From assembly GCA_030145345.1 (NCBI GenBank), contig JAQYVT010000006.1, positions 107 to 64,106 on the forward strand: 64,000 nt of DNA, written 5' to 3'. Each line of letters begins with the position of its first letter. Position 1 is the first letter of the stretch. The translations under genes were made by a program, and so were the position numbers. A model generated the notes under the pieces. The model ran no database searches, was not told where the DNA came from, and saw only the letters and a program-made list of their open reading frames with translations. Positions 47,158 through 55,463 of this stretch are shown piece by piece. This stretch comes from Desulfobacterales bacterium. GTDB taxonomy: Bacteria; Desulfobacterota; Desulfobacteria; Desulfobacterales; UBA11574.

Positions 47158-47341
47158 ATAAACTCGTAAAAAGTCTTTTGCTCGCTCCGCAAGCAATTTT
47201 GGGATTCATGACTCGCCCGGCTAAATTGCAAGAACTCGGGCTAACGCCCTCAAACAGCTTGCAATTTTTAACGCCAGACGCATCATGAATCTTTCTCCAA
47301 AATTGCTCGATGTCGCTCACAAAAGACTTTTTACGAAGCCG
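47158..47341. mobile_element. MITE-like element, family 1, copy 2, with 10-bp direct repeat
   Basis: 17-bp inverted repeats TCGTAAAAAGTCTTTTG / CAAAAGACTTTTTACGA. Identical TCTTAACATG at 47148-47157 and 47342-47351 flanks the element. The interior folds as a long imperfect hairpin. Confidence 0.8.
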
Positions 47342-47419
47342 TCTTAACATGGATCAAATGTAAAAATTATATGTTGAACAATTCCAACTGTCAAAGAGAA
47401 ACTCCTTGCGTTTGTATTC

Positions 47420-47448
47420 TTGACAAGAACCGGAGATAAACGTATTCT
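47420..47448 (+). promoter_or_regulatory. sigma70-like promoter candidate
   Basis: TTGACA-N17-TATTCT, upstream of yqgE. Confidence 0.35.
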
Positions 47449-47585
47449 CTAAAAAAGCATAGCCTCCTTATACAACCCTTGCTTCAGTGTACTCACCTGG
47501 CGCACACTTGCGAGGTGGCGGGTAAGTATGCCGCCTAAAAAAGATGATTCCGAATACGTCAAAGACGTCTTTTTGGAGACAAAAT

Positions 47586-48155
47586 ATGGAAAATAATTCC
47601 CCGGATACTTTTAAAGGTCAGTTTCTCATGGCCATGCCTTCGCTGCTTGATCAGAATTTTTACCAGACCGTTACCTGTATTTGCGAATATGCTCCGGTAG
47701 GGGCTTTGGGTATTGTGGTAAACAGAGTTCATCCTGCCTTGTCTGGAAAGGATATTTTTGATGAGCTTAAAATGGAGTTTGCATCCAGCGCGGACTCCAT
47801 TCCCATACACATTGGAGGACCGGTTCATATGGGTGAGATCTTTATACTCCATGGACCCCCGTTTGGTTGGGAGGGGTGCCGTATGATTACGCCGAGGCTT
47901 GCCCTAAGCAATACCCGGGATATTCTGGAGTCGCTTGCCATGGTTAGGGGCCCAAAATCATTTATTATTGCCCTTGGGTGTGCCGGCTGGGGACCCGGAC
48001 AGCTGGAGTCGGAAATAAAAGAAGACGCCTGGCTGACATCTCCTATTTTTGAAGAAATTATATTTGATATGCCGATTGAAATACGCTGGGAACAATCTTT
48101 AAAAAAGATCGGTGTAGATCCGGCCTTGCTTTTGAACAAATCCGGTCATGCATAA
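47586..48155 (+). CDS. yqgE: YqgE/AlgH family protein (UPF0301)
   Basis: Start set at ATG 47586 (MENNSPDTFKGQFLMAMPSLLDQNF). Contains GWGPGQLE. Confidence 0.85.
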   Translation: MENNSPDTFKGQFLMAMPSLLDQNFYQTVTCICEYAPVGALGIVVNRVHPALSGKDIFDELKMEFASSADSIPIHIGGPVHMGEIFILHGPPFGWEGCRMITPRLALSNTRDILESLAMVRGPKSFIIALGCAGWGPGQLESEIKEDAWLTSPIFEEIIFDMPIEIRWEQSLKKIGVDPALLLNKSGHA

Positions 48156-48259
48156 CATATTTTAGGTATTAAAAAAAATGTAAACAAAGGTTTATACCAG
48201 CCGTTTCCCCCGTTTTATTCCCCATCAAATACCGTTTTTCTTAACACTGCGATAAGATA

Positions 48260-48403
48260 TTATTTCGATTTTGCTTTCTTTTTCGGTTTCTTTTTTTTAA
48301 GACAAACTTTGTCTTTCCTTACAAATGCACAGAGTTTGGGATTGTAATATTCTTTGCAATTTAAGGGATTGTATAGCGGGCATTCAGGATGTTTTTCTGA
48401 CAT
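48260..48403 (-). CDS. small Cys-rich, Lys-tailed protein (47 aa), hypothetical
   Basis: Absent from the track because it is under 60 aa. ATG at 48403 follows AGGGA by about 11 nt. Product is MSEKHPECPLYNPLNCKEYYNPKLCAFVRKDKVCLKKKKPKKKAKSK. A TTGTAA-N17-TATAAA promoter-like site lies upstream on the minus strand. Confidence 0.35.
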   Translation of the reverse strand: MSEKHPECPLYNPLNCKEYYNPKLCAFVRKDKVCLKKKKPKKKAKSK

Positions 48404-48665
48404 GGATCAAATTTTCCCTTCATCTATAGGTTTCCGTCTTAAAAACGGGCTTTTTTGCATAATAAAAAGATTGAAATCATTTATATCATAAATTTTCATA
48501 TCTTACAAGGCATTATGTCCCTAAGACAAAAAATGAAATATTTCGATTTGTGAAAAAAGGGGCACCCGATCACGGGTGTACCGGACAAGTGTATCACGGG
48601 AGAACCGTAAAATGTTGAATATGGAATACGATATTTTTTCCCCAAAGGAATCAAAGGAAATCACT

Positions 48666-48694
48666 TTGACAATTAATTTAATACATTGTAATAA
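48666..48694 (+). promoter_or_regulatory. sigma70-like promoter candidate
   Basis: TTGACA-N17-TAATAA. Confidence 0.3.
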
Positions 48695-48805
48695 AAAGCG
48701 CCGCTAGGCATTATGCCTTGAGTTTATCGGCCAACGTAATCGTGAAAGCTTGGATGGGGTGTTAATATTTTCGATGCTAAAAAATTAAAGGTTTTGCAAA
48801 GATGA

Positions 48806-48832
48806 TTCCTTGTCCGCTACACAAGGATTTTT
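48806..48832 (+). terminator. intrinsic-terminator-like hairpin in the leader of the dynamin-like gene
   Basis: TCCTTGT-CCGCTAC-ACAAGGA followed by TTTTTT, 53 nt upstream of the ATG at 48885. Confidence 0.5.
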
Positions 48833-48884
48833 TGGAATGGATACCCAATAAAGATTTTTAAGTATCTGTCAAAATTAGAAATTA

Positions 48885-51158
48885 ATGGTTAAAATGACGA
48901 CATACAACTCACTTAAAGAAGATATTCTTCAGATAAATAAAGATATTTCCGGTCTTTTTCCCGATGCCCGATCGATCACCGGAGCGTCAGACCATACGTT
49001 TGCAGACTGGCAGAAAACTTGTGACGCTATAAAAAGTCAGATGTCCGGAGAGATCATTCGCGTTGCGGTTGTCGGCCCGATTAAATCCGGTAAAAGTACA
49101 TTTATAAATTCACTTTTTAAAGGCGAATACTTAAAGCGAGGGGCTGGAGTTGTGACATCCATTGTTACCCGCGTTCGCAACGGAAAAAAGCTTAAAGCAA
49201 AACTGTTGTTCAAATCCTGGGATGAGATCAACTCGGATATGGAGCAGGCGTTGGTTCTGTTCCCCTCCTTAGAGTGGCGCAATGAAAATTACAGATTTGA
49301 TATACGGCAAAAAAAAGAGCGGATGGACCTTGAAAAGGCGCTCATTTCCCTAAATTCAGAACACCTAATTTCCAATGGTGCCCGGAATGTAAATAATATA
49401 CTTTTGACATCCTACCTTAAAGGATACGAAAAGATAAAAGATAGGATTTCACTTGAAACACAGACGAGTCAATACGAAAATGAGCTGTTTTCTGAGCACT
49501 GGACTTTTGTGGGAGATGGGTCTATGGCGGTTTATCTGAAAGATATTCAGCTGGAAATCGACTCAGGAAATATCGACAGCAATATCGAAATTGCGGATTG
49601 TCAGGGCAGCGATTCTCCGAACCCGCTTCACCTTGCCATGATACAGGATTATCTGCTCTTAACGCATCTTATTGTATATGTTATCAGCAGCAGAACAGGA
49701 CTTCGCGAAGCGGACATAAAATTTTTATCCATCATCAAAAAAATGGGGATTTTAGACAATATACTTTTTGTAATTAATTGTGATTTTAGTGAACATGAAT
49801 CGATAAATGATCTTAAATTTCTGATTAAAAACGTAAAAGAAGAACTTGCATTGATCAAACCATCTCCGGAAATTTATTCCCTATCCGCACTGTTTAACCT
49901 GTTCAAAGCTCAACGTGCGAATCTGTCACAAAAAGATCGGCTTAGACTGGAACAGTGGGAAAAAGAACCGGAACTTACCGCTTTTTCAGACTCAGAAACA
50001 GCGCGGTTTGAATCATCTTTTTACCATCGGCTGACCCGGGGAAGTTATTCCCTTTTGTTAAAAAATCATCTTGAACGTCTTCGCATAATTTCATCCGGAA
50101 TGGGGCGTTGGATATACTTCAATCAGGAAATGCTTACACGAGATGCCCACAGTGCCAATGAGATCGTTAAAAAGATAAAGAAGCATCGGAAAGGGATGCG
50201 TCAGATCAAGTCGGTGATAAAAAATACGCTGGCTGGTTCCACGAAAAAAATTAACCATGATCTAAAAACGGATATTGAACGTTTTTTTGATATCCGATCC
50301 GGTGATCTATTGCAGGGTATTATAGAATTTATTAGAGATTATAAAATATCTTACCAAAAGTATGAAGAAAATCTTAAAGCTTCTGGATTCCCGAACACCC
50401 TCTATCTGGTATTTCAGGAATTCAAGCAAGCACTCGACACTTACATGACCGAAACAATAAATCCTGAAGTCATCCGTTTTATGAGAGAAAAAGAGAAACG
50501 GATTCATGAACATCTCGAGTCCATCTCAGATCCATTCGATGCCATGGTTCAGGATGCCATTGTTGGCTATAACGGCATGATGGAAAATTTTGGAATCGTC
50601 CGTTCTTTTGAAAGTCCCGAAAGGATCGATCTTCCGGATATCGATACGATCAAAGCGATCACAGGGTTAACCCTTCCGCCGGCAGTTGCATACATGCGCT
50701 ATACGGCTAAAATAAAAACCGAAGCGGTGATGCGTCTTGGTTTTTATACGGTTGTTAAGTTTTTTAAAAAATTATTAAAAAAACCGATTGAAAGGAAAAA
50801 TGAAGAGGGAATACTCGCGCTCGAGGCGGGTGTTTTGCGAATGAAACGTGAAACAGAAAGATCGATGGCTTTTTTTTTCAAAGATTATCAAGAGAACATC
50901 AAATTCCAATATATGAATAAAATTGTTGAGGCGGTATCAAACAGCCTTTATGCGTCGCTGATCGATCGTTTTCAGGCGTATGCCGCAGATCTTTCAAATA
51001 CCGTTGAACTGATAAACGATAAGTTGATTGACAAGGAGCAGGCGTCGACAACACTTCAAGAGATAGCGGTTACTGCCGGAAAAATCGAAGAAAAGATAAA
51101 CACCGTATGCGAAAATATCAGGAAATTCGCATTGGCCGATGTACAAACAGTTGTCTGA
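48885..51158 (+). CDS. dynamin-family GTPase (bacterial dynamin-like protein)
   Basis: G1 motif VVGPIKSGKSTFINSLF, G3-like DCQG, and a long helical C-terminal region. Length 757 aa. Confidence 0.7.
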   Translation: MVKMTTYNSLKEDILQINKDISGLFPDARSITGASDHTFADWQKTCDAIKSQMSGEIIRVAVVGPIKSGKSTFINSLFKGEYLKRGAGVVTSIVTRVRNGKKLKAKLLFKSWDEINSDMEQALVLFPSLEWRNENYRFDIRQKKERMDLEKALISLNSEHLISNGARNVNNILLTSYLKGYEKIKDRISLETQTSQYENELFSEHWTFVGDGSMAVYLKDIQLEIDSGNIDSNIEIADCQGSDSPNPLHLAMIQDYLLLTHLIVYVISSRTGLREADIKFLSIIKKMGILDNILFVINCDFSEHESINDLKFLIKNVKEELALIKPSPEIYSLSALFNLFKAQRANLSQKDRLRLEQWEKEPELTAFSDSETARFESSFYHRLTRGSYSLLLKNHLERLRIISSGMGRWIYFNQEMLTRDAHSANEIVKKIKKHRKGMRQIKSVIKNTLAGSTKKINHDLKTDIERFFDIRSGDLLQGIIEFIRDYKISYQKYEENLKASGFPNTLYLVFQEFKQALDTYMTETINPEVIRFMREKEKRIHEHLESISDPFDAMVQDAIVGYNGMMENFGIVRSFESPERIDLPDIDTIKAITGLTLPPAVAYMRYTAKIKTEAVMRLGFYTVVKFFKKLLKKPIERKNEEGILALEAGVLRMKRETERSMAFFFKDYQENIKFQYMNKIVEAVSNSLYASLIDRFQAYAADLSNTVELINDKLIDKEQASTTLQEIAVTAGKIEEKINTVCENIRKFALADVQTVV

Positions 51159-51159
51159 G

Positions 51160-51212
51160 ATGCCTTTGATCTGGGGCGTCCTCGACTTTCGCTCAATTGG
51201 GGCAATACCAAA
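51160..51212. repeat. post-stop repeat containing GCTCAATT, copy 2
   Basis: GCCTTTGATCTGGGGCGTCCTCGACTTTCGCTCAATTGGGGCAA, immediately after the dynamin-like stop codon. Confidence 0.55.
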
Positions 51213-51242
51213 TAACCGATGACGACAGGGGAGGTATTAATT

Positions 51243-52028
51243 ATGGGTGATAAACAGACCAGAATCATCGCTGTGGCCAATGAAAAAGGTGGCGTTGGTA
51301 AAACCGTAACCGTCATTAACCTTGCAGCGGCTTTATGCAAGGAAGGGAAAACCGTTCTTGTCGTGGACATGGACCCGCAGTTTAATGCGACACGAGGACT
51401 CGGCGTCGAAGTTAAAGAGGATATGTTGACTGTGTATGATCTCATAAAAGACCATCGATCGATTAAATCGGCGGATGTAATTGTACCGACAGGATGGGAT
51501 GGGCTCGACCTTATACCGTCTCATGTGGATCTTGCCGGTGCGGAGATTGAACTTGTTGATGAAGCAGGACGCGAAAACCGGTTAAAAGATGCTCTTGAAA
51601 GCATATACGGCGTATATGATTTTATAATTCTTGATACACCTCCCAGCCTTTCACTGCTGACGGTCAATGTATTGTCCTATGCCAAAGAGGTTATTGTTCC
51701 GTGTCAGACGCATCCGTATGCTTATTCAGCACTGGATGAGCTTTTTGATACCATTTTTGCCGTCCGGGAAAACATCAACACGGATCTTAGAGTGACCGGT
51801 GTTGTTGCGACATTATTCGACTCTCGAACCCGAATCAGTCATAGCATTTTGGAGAAACTGAAAAATGATTCAAGATATTCTGATTTGCTTTTCGACACGG
51901 TAATAAGGACCAATACCACCATTGCCGAAAGTGCCGGAGTCGGTAAGCCTGTAATTTTTTTCAGACGGAGCAGCTACGGTTCAGAAGATTATACCCGTTT
52001 CGCACAAGAGTTGCTGAATCCGAATTGA
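51243..52028 (+). CDS. ParA/Soj/MinD-family ATPase
   Basis: Start set at ATG 51243, 8 nt after GGAGG. Deviant Walker A is NEKGGVGKT. Confidence 0.85.
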   Translation: MGDKQTRIIAVANEKGGVGKTVTVINLAAALCKEGKTVLVVDMDPQFNATRGLGVEVKEDMLTVYDLIKDHRSIKSADVIVPTGWDGLDLIPSHVDLAGAEIELVDEAGRENRLKDALESIYGVYDFIILDTPPSLSLLTVNVLSYAKEVIVPCQTHPYAYSALDELFDTIFAVRENINTDLRVTGVVATLFDSRTRISHSILEKLKNDSRYSDLLFDTVIRTNTTIAESAGVGKPVIFFRRSSYGSEDYTRFAQELLNPN

Positions 52029-52070
52029 GCCGAAACAATAAAAAGGCCCATCTTAGATTCCGTCACGCGG

Positions 52071-52185
52071 GGAATGATGGCGTGCTGGAGTGGTGGGGCA
52101 AAAGCATGGAGTGATGGAGTATTGGAGTAAAGGGCTGAAAAAATTGTTTTCCCATTACTCCAACACTCCATTATTCCAATATTCC
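52071..52185. repeat. TGGAGTNN-type repeat, copy 2, forming a long hairpin
   Basis: The left part matches 12983-13057. Arms at 52108-52134 and 52151-52177 are imperfectly complementary. It lies between the convergent parA-like and ycaO genes. Confidence 0.7.
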
Positions 52186-52217
52186 AGCTCAGCCGGTTAA
52201 GATGGCATAGCCGCAGA

Positions 52218-53948
52218 TCAGTTCCGCCGCAGCTTAACCAAATTGTCTCTTGCAAAGTCTATGGATGGATCCATTGCCAATGCTGTTTCATAATATTGTA
52301 TGGCTTTTTCCGTTTGGCCCATATCCCGATAATTTGAGGCAATATTCGCATAGTCAATGGCGGAACTCGGATCGAGCTGTAGAACTTTTTTGAAATACGC
52401 TATGGCCTTTTCGTGTTCCTTGAGTTTAAAATGGCTGAACCCCATTAAGTTATAAATATCTGTTCTATCCGGGTCATACTTTTCAGCCTGTTTTAATGCG
52501 GCGAGGGCTTCACGGTATTTTCCCATTTCATTTAAGCAGACGCCCATGTAAGAATAGATGCTGGGTATATCCTCTTTTGTCGGGTCGAGTTCCAGAGACT
52601 GGGTGAAATATCTGAAAGCTGTTGCGGGGTCATTGAGAGCGAGGTGGCATGAACCGAGATAAAATTTGACGTAATATTTTCCCTTGAGTATATTTTCGAT
52701 CCTTTTAAGTTCTTTGATGGCCTTTTCGGGTGTTTCGTTTTCGGCTATAATTTTGCTCGAGAACATCCCCACACTGGTCCCGAGAGATCGCTCCCTAAAA
52801 TGTGCCCCCGGTATTATGGTATAGAACGCCGGTATTTCAAGGCCGGGATGCGTGGTGTTGACGACGATGACGTCCAACCCTTTTATTGCCAAAGCAGATA
52901 TGCAGTTTTCCACTTCCACTTTGATATTTTCGTTTGAAAGTTGGGGTAGGCTTTTAATATCTGTTTTGACTTCAGGATTGACAATAAAATCCGCATCCTC
53001 AATTTTCGTGAATTTGGGAAGGCCGCTGGCCACATAATTGGAGGCGGTATTAAAATCGCCGGCAAGTTGAGCCACTTCTGTAAGGGCACGGCTTAACGCC
53101 TTTTGTGGATCAGGTGTAGTTCCGGCTGTCCACACAATTTCACTTTTTCCCGGAAATGTAGACGGGTCATACGCCAGCGCCCCCACGGTAGGGATCCCCA
53201 TATCCAGGGAAAAATCTGAAAGGTATACTTCAACCCCGGCGCGTCTGTATTTTTGTATCATTTCCACAACGATCGGATCTGTCGCTGAATCTAAAGAAAT
53301 TGCAGGTACTTTCAGGCGGTTTTGACTGACAATGGACGACACGTGCCTTTCCACGATTTCACAGATGCCCTGGGAAAGGGCTTCTTCGACGCAATTGCCG
53401 GCAGATGGACCATTGAATTCGTTGATTGTAAAAAACCAGTTAAAAGGAATAACGACTTCTTGATTTCGGGTTAGATTAAACCCCTTTGTCCATTTCAAAG
53501 GCAGGGTTTCAAATATCTTTCGGGCCAAGTCCAAATCTTCTGAATCATCGTGAACAGATTGAGCGATCATCTCAAACGGAATTGCGTTTTCCGCAACATT
53601 ACAATACTGTTCAACAAAAAAGTTTTCAGAATCTTTGCAGAAACTAAAGAAGCTAAACCGTTCTGCCAGCTCCATCACAGCGCTGGCTTCAGCCTGCTGG
53701 GGGGTGGCGCCTTTTCCCATCTGTTTTTTCGTTCCAATAATTTCCACTGCATCCTTGCCGCAGCTGCTGAAATAAATCGGGATATCCAATCTTCCGTTAT
53801 CGATCCTTACCGTATATTCAAGGATGTCCATATCCACCTTTTTTAATTTCTCCCTAAAGTGTTTCACAGTTTCTTCAGGCGAAATTATCTTGTCCTGGTC
53901 CAGCGTAAAGCGCTTGAAAGCGTCCTTTAATACAATCTTATGTGTCAT
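52218..53948 (-). CDS. ycaO: YcaO-domain protein with C-terminal TPR repeats (E. coli YcaO-type architecture)
   Basis: The N-terminal ~400 aa form a YcaO domain (GKGATPQQAEASAVMELAERFS). The C-terminal ~170 aa are TPR repeats. Length 576 aa. Confidence 0.8.
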   Translation of the reverse strand: MTHKIVLKDAFKRFTLDQDKIISPEETVKHFREKLKKVDMDILEYTVRIDNGRLDIPIYFSSCGKDAVEIIGTKKQMGKGATPQQAEASAVMELAERFSFFSFCKDSENFFVEQYCNVAENAIPFEMIAQSVHDDSEDLDLARKIFETLPLKWTKGFNLTRNQEVVIPFNWFFTINEFNGPSAGNCVEEALSQGICEIVERHVSSIVSQNRLKVPAISLDSATDPIVVEMIQKYRRAGVEVYLSDFSLDMGIPTVGALAYDPSTFPGKSEIVWTAGTTPDPQKALSRALTEVAQLAGDFNTASNYVASGLPKFTKIEDADFIVNPEVKTDIKSLPQLSNENIKVEVENCISALAIKGLDVIVVNTTHPGLEIPAFYTIIPGAHFRERSLGTSVGMFSSKIIAENETPEKAIKELKRIENILKGKYYVKFYLGSCHLALNDPATAFRYFTQSLELDPTKEDIPSIYSYMGVCLNEMGKYREALAALKQAEKYDPDRTDIYNLMGFSHFKLKEHEKAIAYFKKVLQLDPSSAIDYANIASNYRDMGQTEKAIQYYETALAMDPSIDFARDNLVKLRRN

Positions 53949-53994
53949 AATTTACCTTTTTTGTAGATTTTGGTCCGGATATTTTGAATTGCAA

Positions 53995-54145
53995 CCGCTC
54001 GCACAGTTGAATTTCGGGATTCAACAGAGCGAGCGCATACCCCTCTGCCAAATCGGTGATAATGTTTAACGCTTAATAACAATACAAGCTCCTAAAAATA
54101 TGAGATTTATAATTTCCTGGCGCAATTTGAAACGCTCATTTTAGT
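53995..54145 (-). repeat. partial third copy of the 5' part of repeat R3
   Basis: The minus strand shares AATGAGCGTTTCAAATTGCGCCAGG (54123-54140 core) and TTAAACATTATCACCGATTTGGCAG with copy B. The R3 core is replaced by the hairpin CTCGC..TTGAAT-N6-ATTCAA..GCGAG. Confidence 0.5.
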
Positions 54146-54225
54146 TTATATTAAATAATAACCACCCGGGTCAATTCTTTTTGGCCGTTCAGGTTGCCGG
54201 AAGGTTTTTTTGCCGATTTTTTGAA

Positions 54226-54254
54226 TTGACTGCCTTCTTTCAAATTGATATGGT
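54226..54254 (+). promoter_or_regulatory. sigma70-like promoter candidate for tRNA-Ala
   Basis: TTGACT-N17-TATGGT, ending 17 nt before the tRNA. Confidence 0.4.
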
Positions 54255-54270
54255 TCAAAAAATATCTTGT

Positions 54271-54343
54271 GGGGATGTAGCTCAGTTGGGAGAGCGCGGC
54301 GTTCGCAACGCCGAGGTCGAGGGTTCAAATCCCTTCATCTCCA
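54271..54343 (+). tRNA. tRNA-Ala (anticodon CGC)
   Basis: Cloverleaf drawn by hand. Acceptor stem GGGGATG/CATCTCC has the G3:U70 alanine identity pair. Anticodon loop is TTCGCAA, T-loop GGTTCAAATCC. CCA is not encoded. Confidence 0.9.
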
Positions 54344-54357
54344 TATCTAAAAAATCG

Positions 54358-54395
54358 AGGACTTGGAGGTTCTATCTCCAAGTCCTTATTTTTTT
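54358..54395 (+). terminator. rho-independent terminator
   Basis: AGGACTTGGAG-N7-CTCCAAGTCCT followed by TATTTTTTT. Confidence 0.85.
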
Positions 54396-54411
54396 GTCGA
54401 TGAGATCTTTT

Positions 54412-54623
54412 TGCGTGTTCAGGGGGTGGGCCTCCCCGTTTCACTCTGGCGTCTGCGTGTCCGGTCATTTCAACGAGTTGGCAGCGGTGGCATTTCTGCC
54501 CCCTCCGCGTTCTCCCGCGAAAACCTTGCGGGAGCCGCAGTCTTCCCCATGGCTAAGTCGTTGAAACGACCAAACCACGATGCCAATATCGTTACACGAG
54601 GAAGCACACCCCCTGAACACGCA
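54412..54623. mobile_element. MITE-like element, family 2
   Basis: Perfect 17-bp terminal inverted repeats TGCGTGTTCAGGGGGTG / CACCCCCTGAACACGCA. Flanked by GATCTTTT at 54404-54411 and 54625-54632. The GC-rich interior has several hairpins. Confidence 0.7.
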
Positions 54624-54815
54624 CGATCTTTTTAATTGATCGGTTGTTTTTTTTTGTGAAACTGGTATAGTAAAAGAACAATAAAAAGGGAATCGATATT
54701 TCTTACATAAATATTCACCACAACCCCAATGGAGCGAATTTTGTTTGCGGTCCGTTGGGATATTGCCTGCAATCCACTCGGCGACGACGCTCAGAAGGTA
54801 AGGATCAATTATATT

Positions 54816-55403
54816 ATGGCACGCACGGCTGAAATTAAACGGGAGACCAAAGAAACCGAAATTAGTGTAAAGCTAAATTTGGACGGAAGTGGACAAGTCA
54901 AGATATCCACAGGCATACCTTTTTATGATCATATGCTGACACTTTTTGCAGTTCACGGTTTTTTTGACCTCTCCGTGGATGCAACGGGAGACATTGATGT
55001 CGATTATCATCACACAATAGAAGATTCCGGGCTTGTCCTCGGGGATGCTTTTAACATGGCTTTAGGAGACAGAAAAGGCATACAGCGATTTGGTTATGCC
55101 GTTACACCCATGGATGATGCACTGGCTTCTGTTGCCGTTGATTTGTCAAAACGTCCTTTTCTGGTTTGCAATGTCCCGCCAAAAACGAACATTGACGGAA
55201 ATACCTTCACCGCTCTGACCAAAGAATTTTTAAGAGCATTTTCAAACCGATGTGGGATGAATCTTCATGTCAATGTTTTTTACGGTGAAAATGAGCATCA
55301 TATTAATGAATCGATTTTTAAAGCTGCCGGAAGGGCTCTGGATCAGGCCGCTTCTATTGATGTTCGGATAAAAGATATTCATTCATCAAAAGGTACCTTG
55401 TAA
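54816..55403 (+). CDS. hisB: imidazoleglycerol-phosphate dehydratase
   Basis: Start set at ATG 54816 (MARTAEIKRETKETEI). Motifs HHTIED and HHINES are present. Confidence 0.92.
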   Translation: MARTAEIKRETKETEISVKLNLDGSGQVKISTGIPFYDHMLTLFAVHGFFDLSVDATGDIDVDYHHTIEDSGLVLGDAFNMALGDRKGIQRFGYAVTPMDDALASVAVDLSKRPFLVCNVPPKTNIDGNTFTALTKEFLRAFSNRCGMNLHVNVFYGENEHHINESIFKAAGRALDQAASIDVRIKDIHSSKGTL

Positions 55404-55463
55404 CTGTAAAAAATCCTTCAATGGCAATAAATTCCGGTAAAGGAATCACCCTCAAAAGGCGTC

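Noticed and set aside
47497-47512. Sigma54-type promoter CTGGCGCACACTTGCG upstream of yqgE.
   Set aside because: The GG to GC spacing is one nucleotide short of the -24/-12 consensus, and no enhancer-binding protein is nearby. A sigma70-like TTGACA-N17-TATTCT site at 47420-47448 is a simpler explanation.
52218-53948. YcaO as the core of a RiPP (thioamide or azoline) cluster.
   Set aside because: It has the E. coli-type architecture (YcaO plus C-terminal TPR), with no TfuA, cyclodehydratase partner, dehydrogenase or plausible precursor peptide ORF on either side. The flanks are repeats and a tRNA.
54412-54623. Possible 6S-like or other long-hairpin regulatory RNA downstream of tRNA-Ala.
   Set aside because: Exact 17-bp terminal inverted repeats plus a flanking 8-bp direct repeat fit a MITE insertion better. 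No 6S-type central bubble could be recognised. The idea is kept only as an alternative to test with Rfam.
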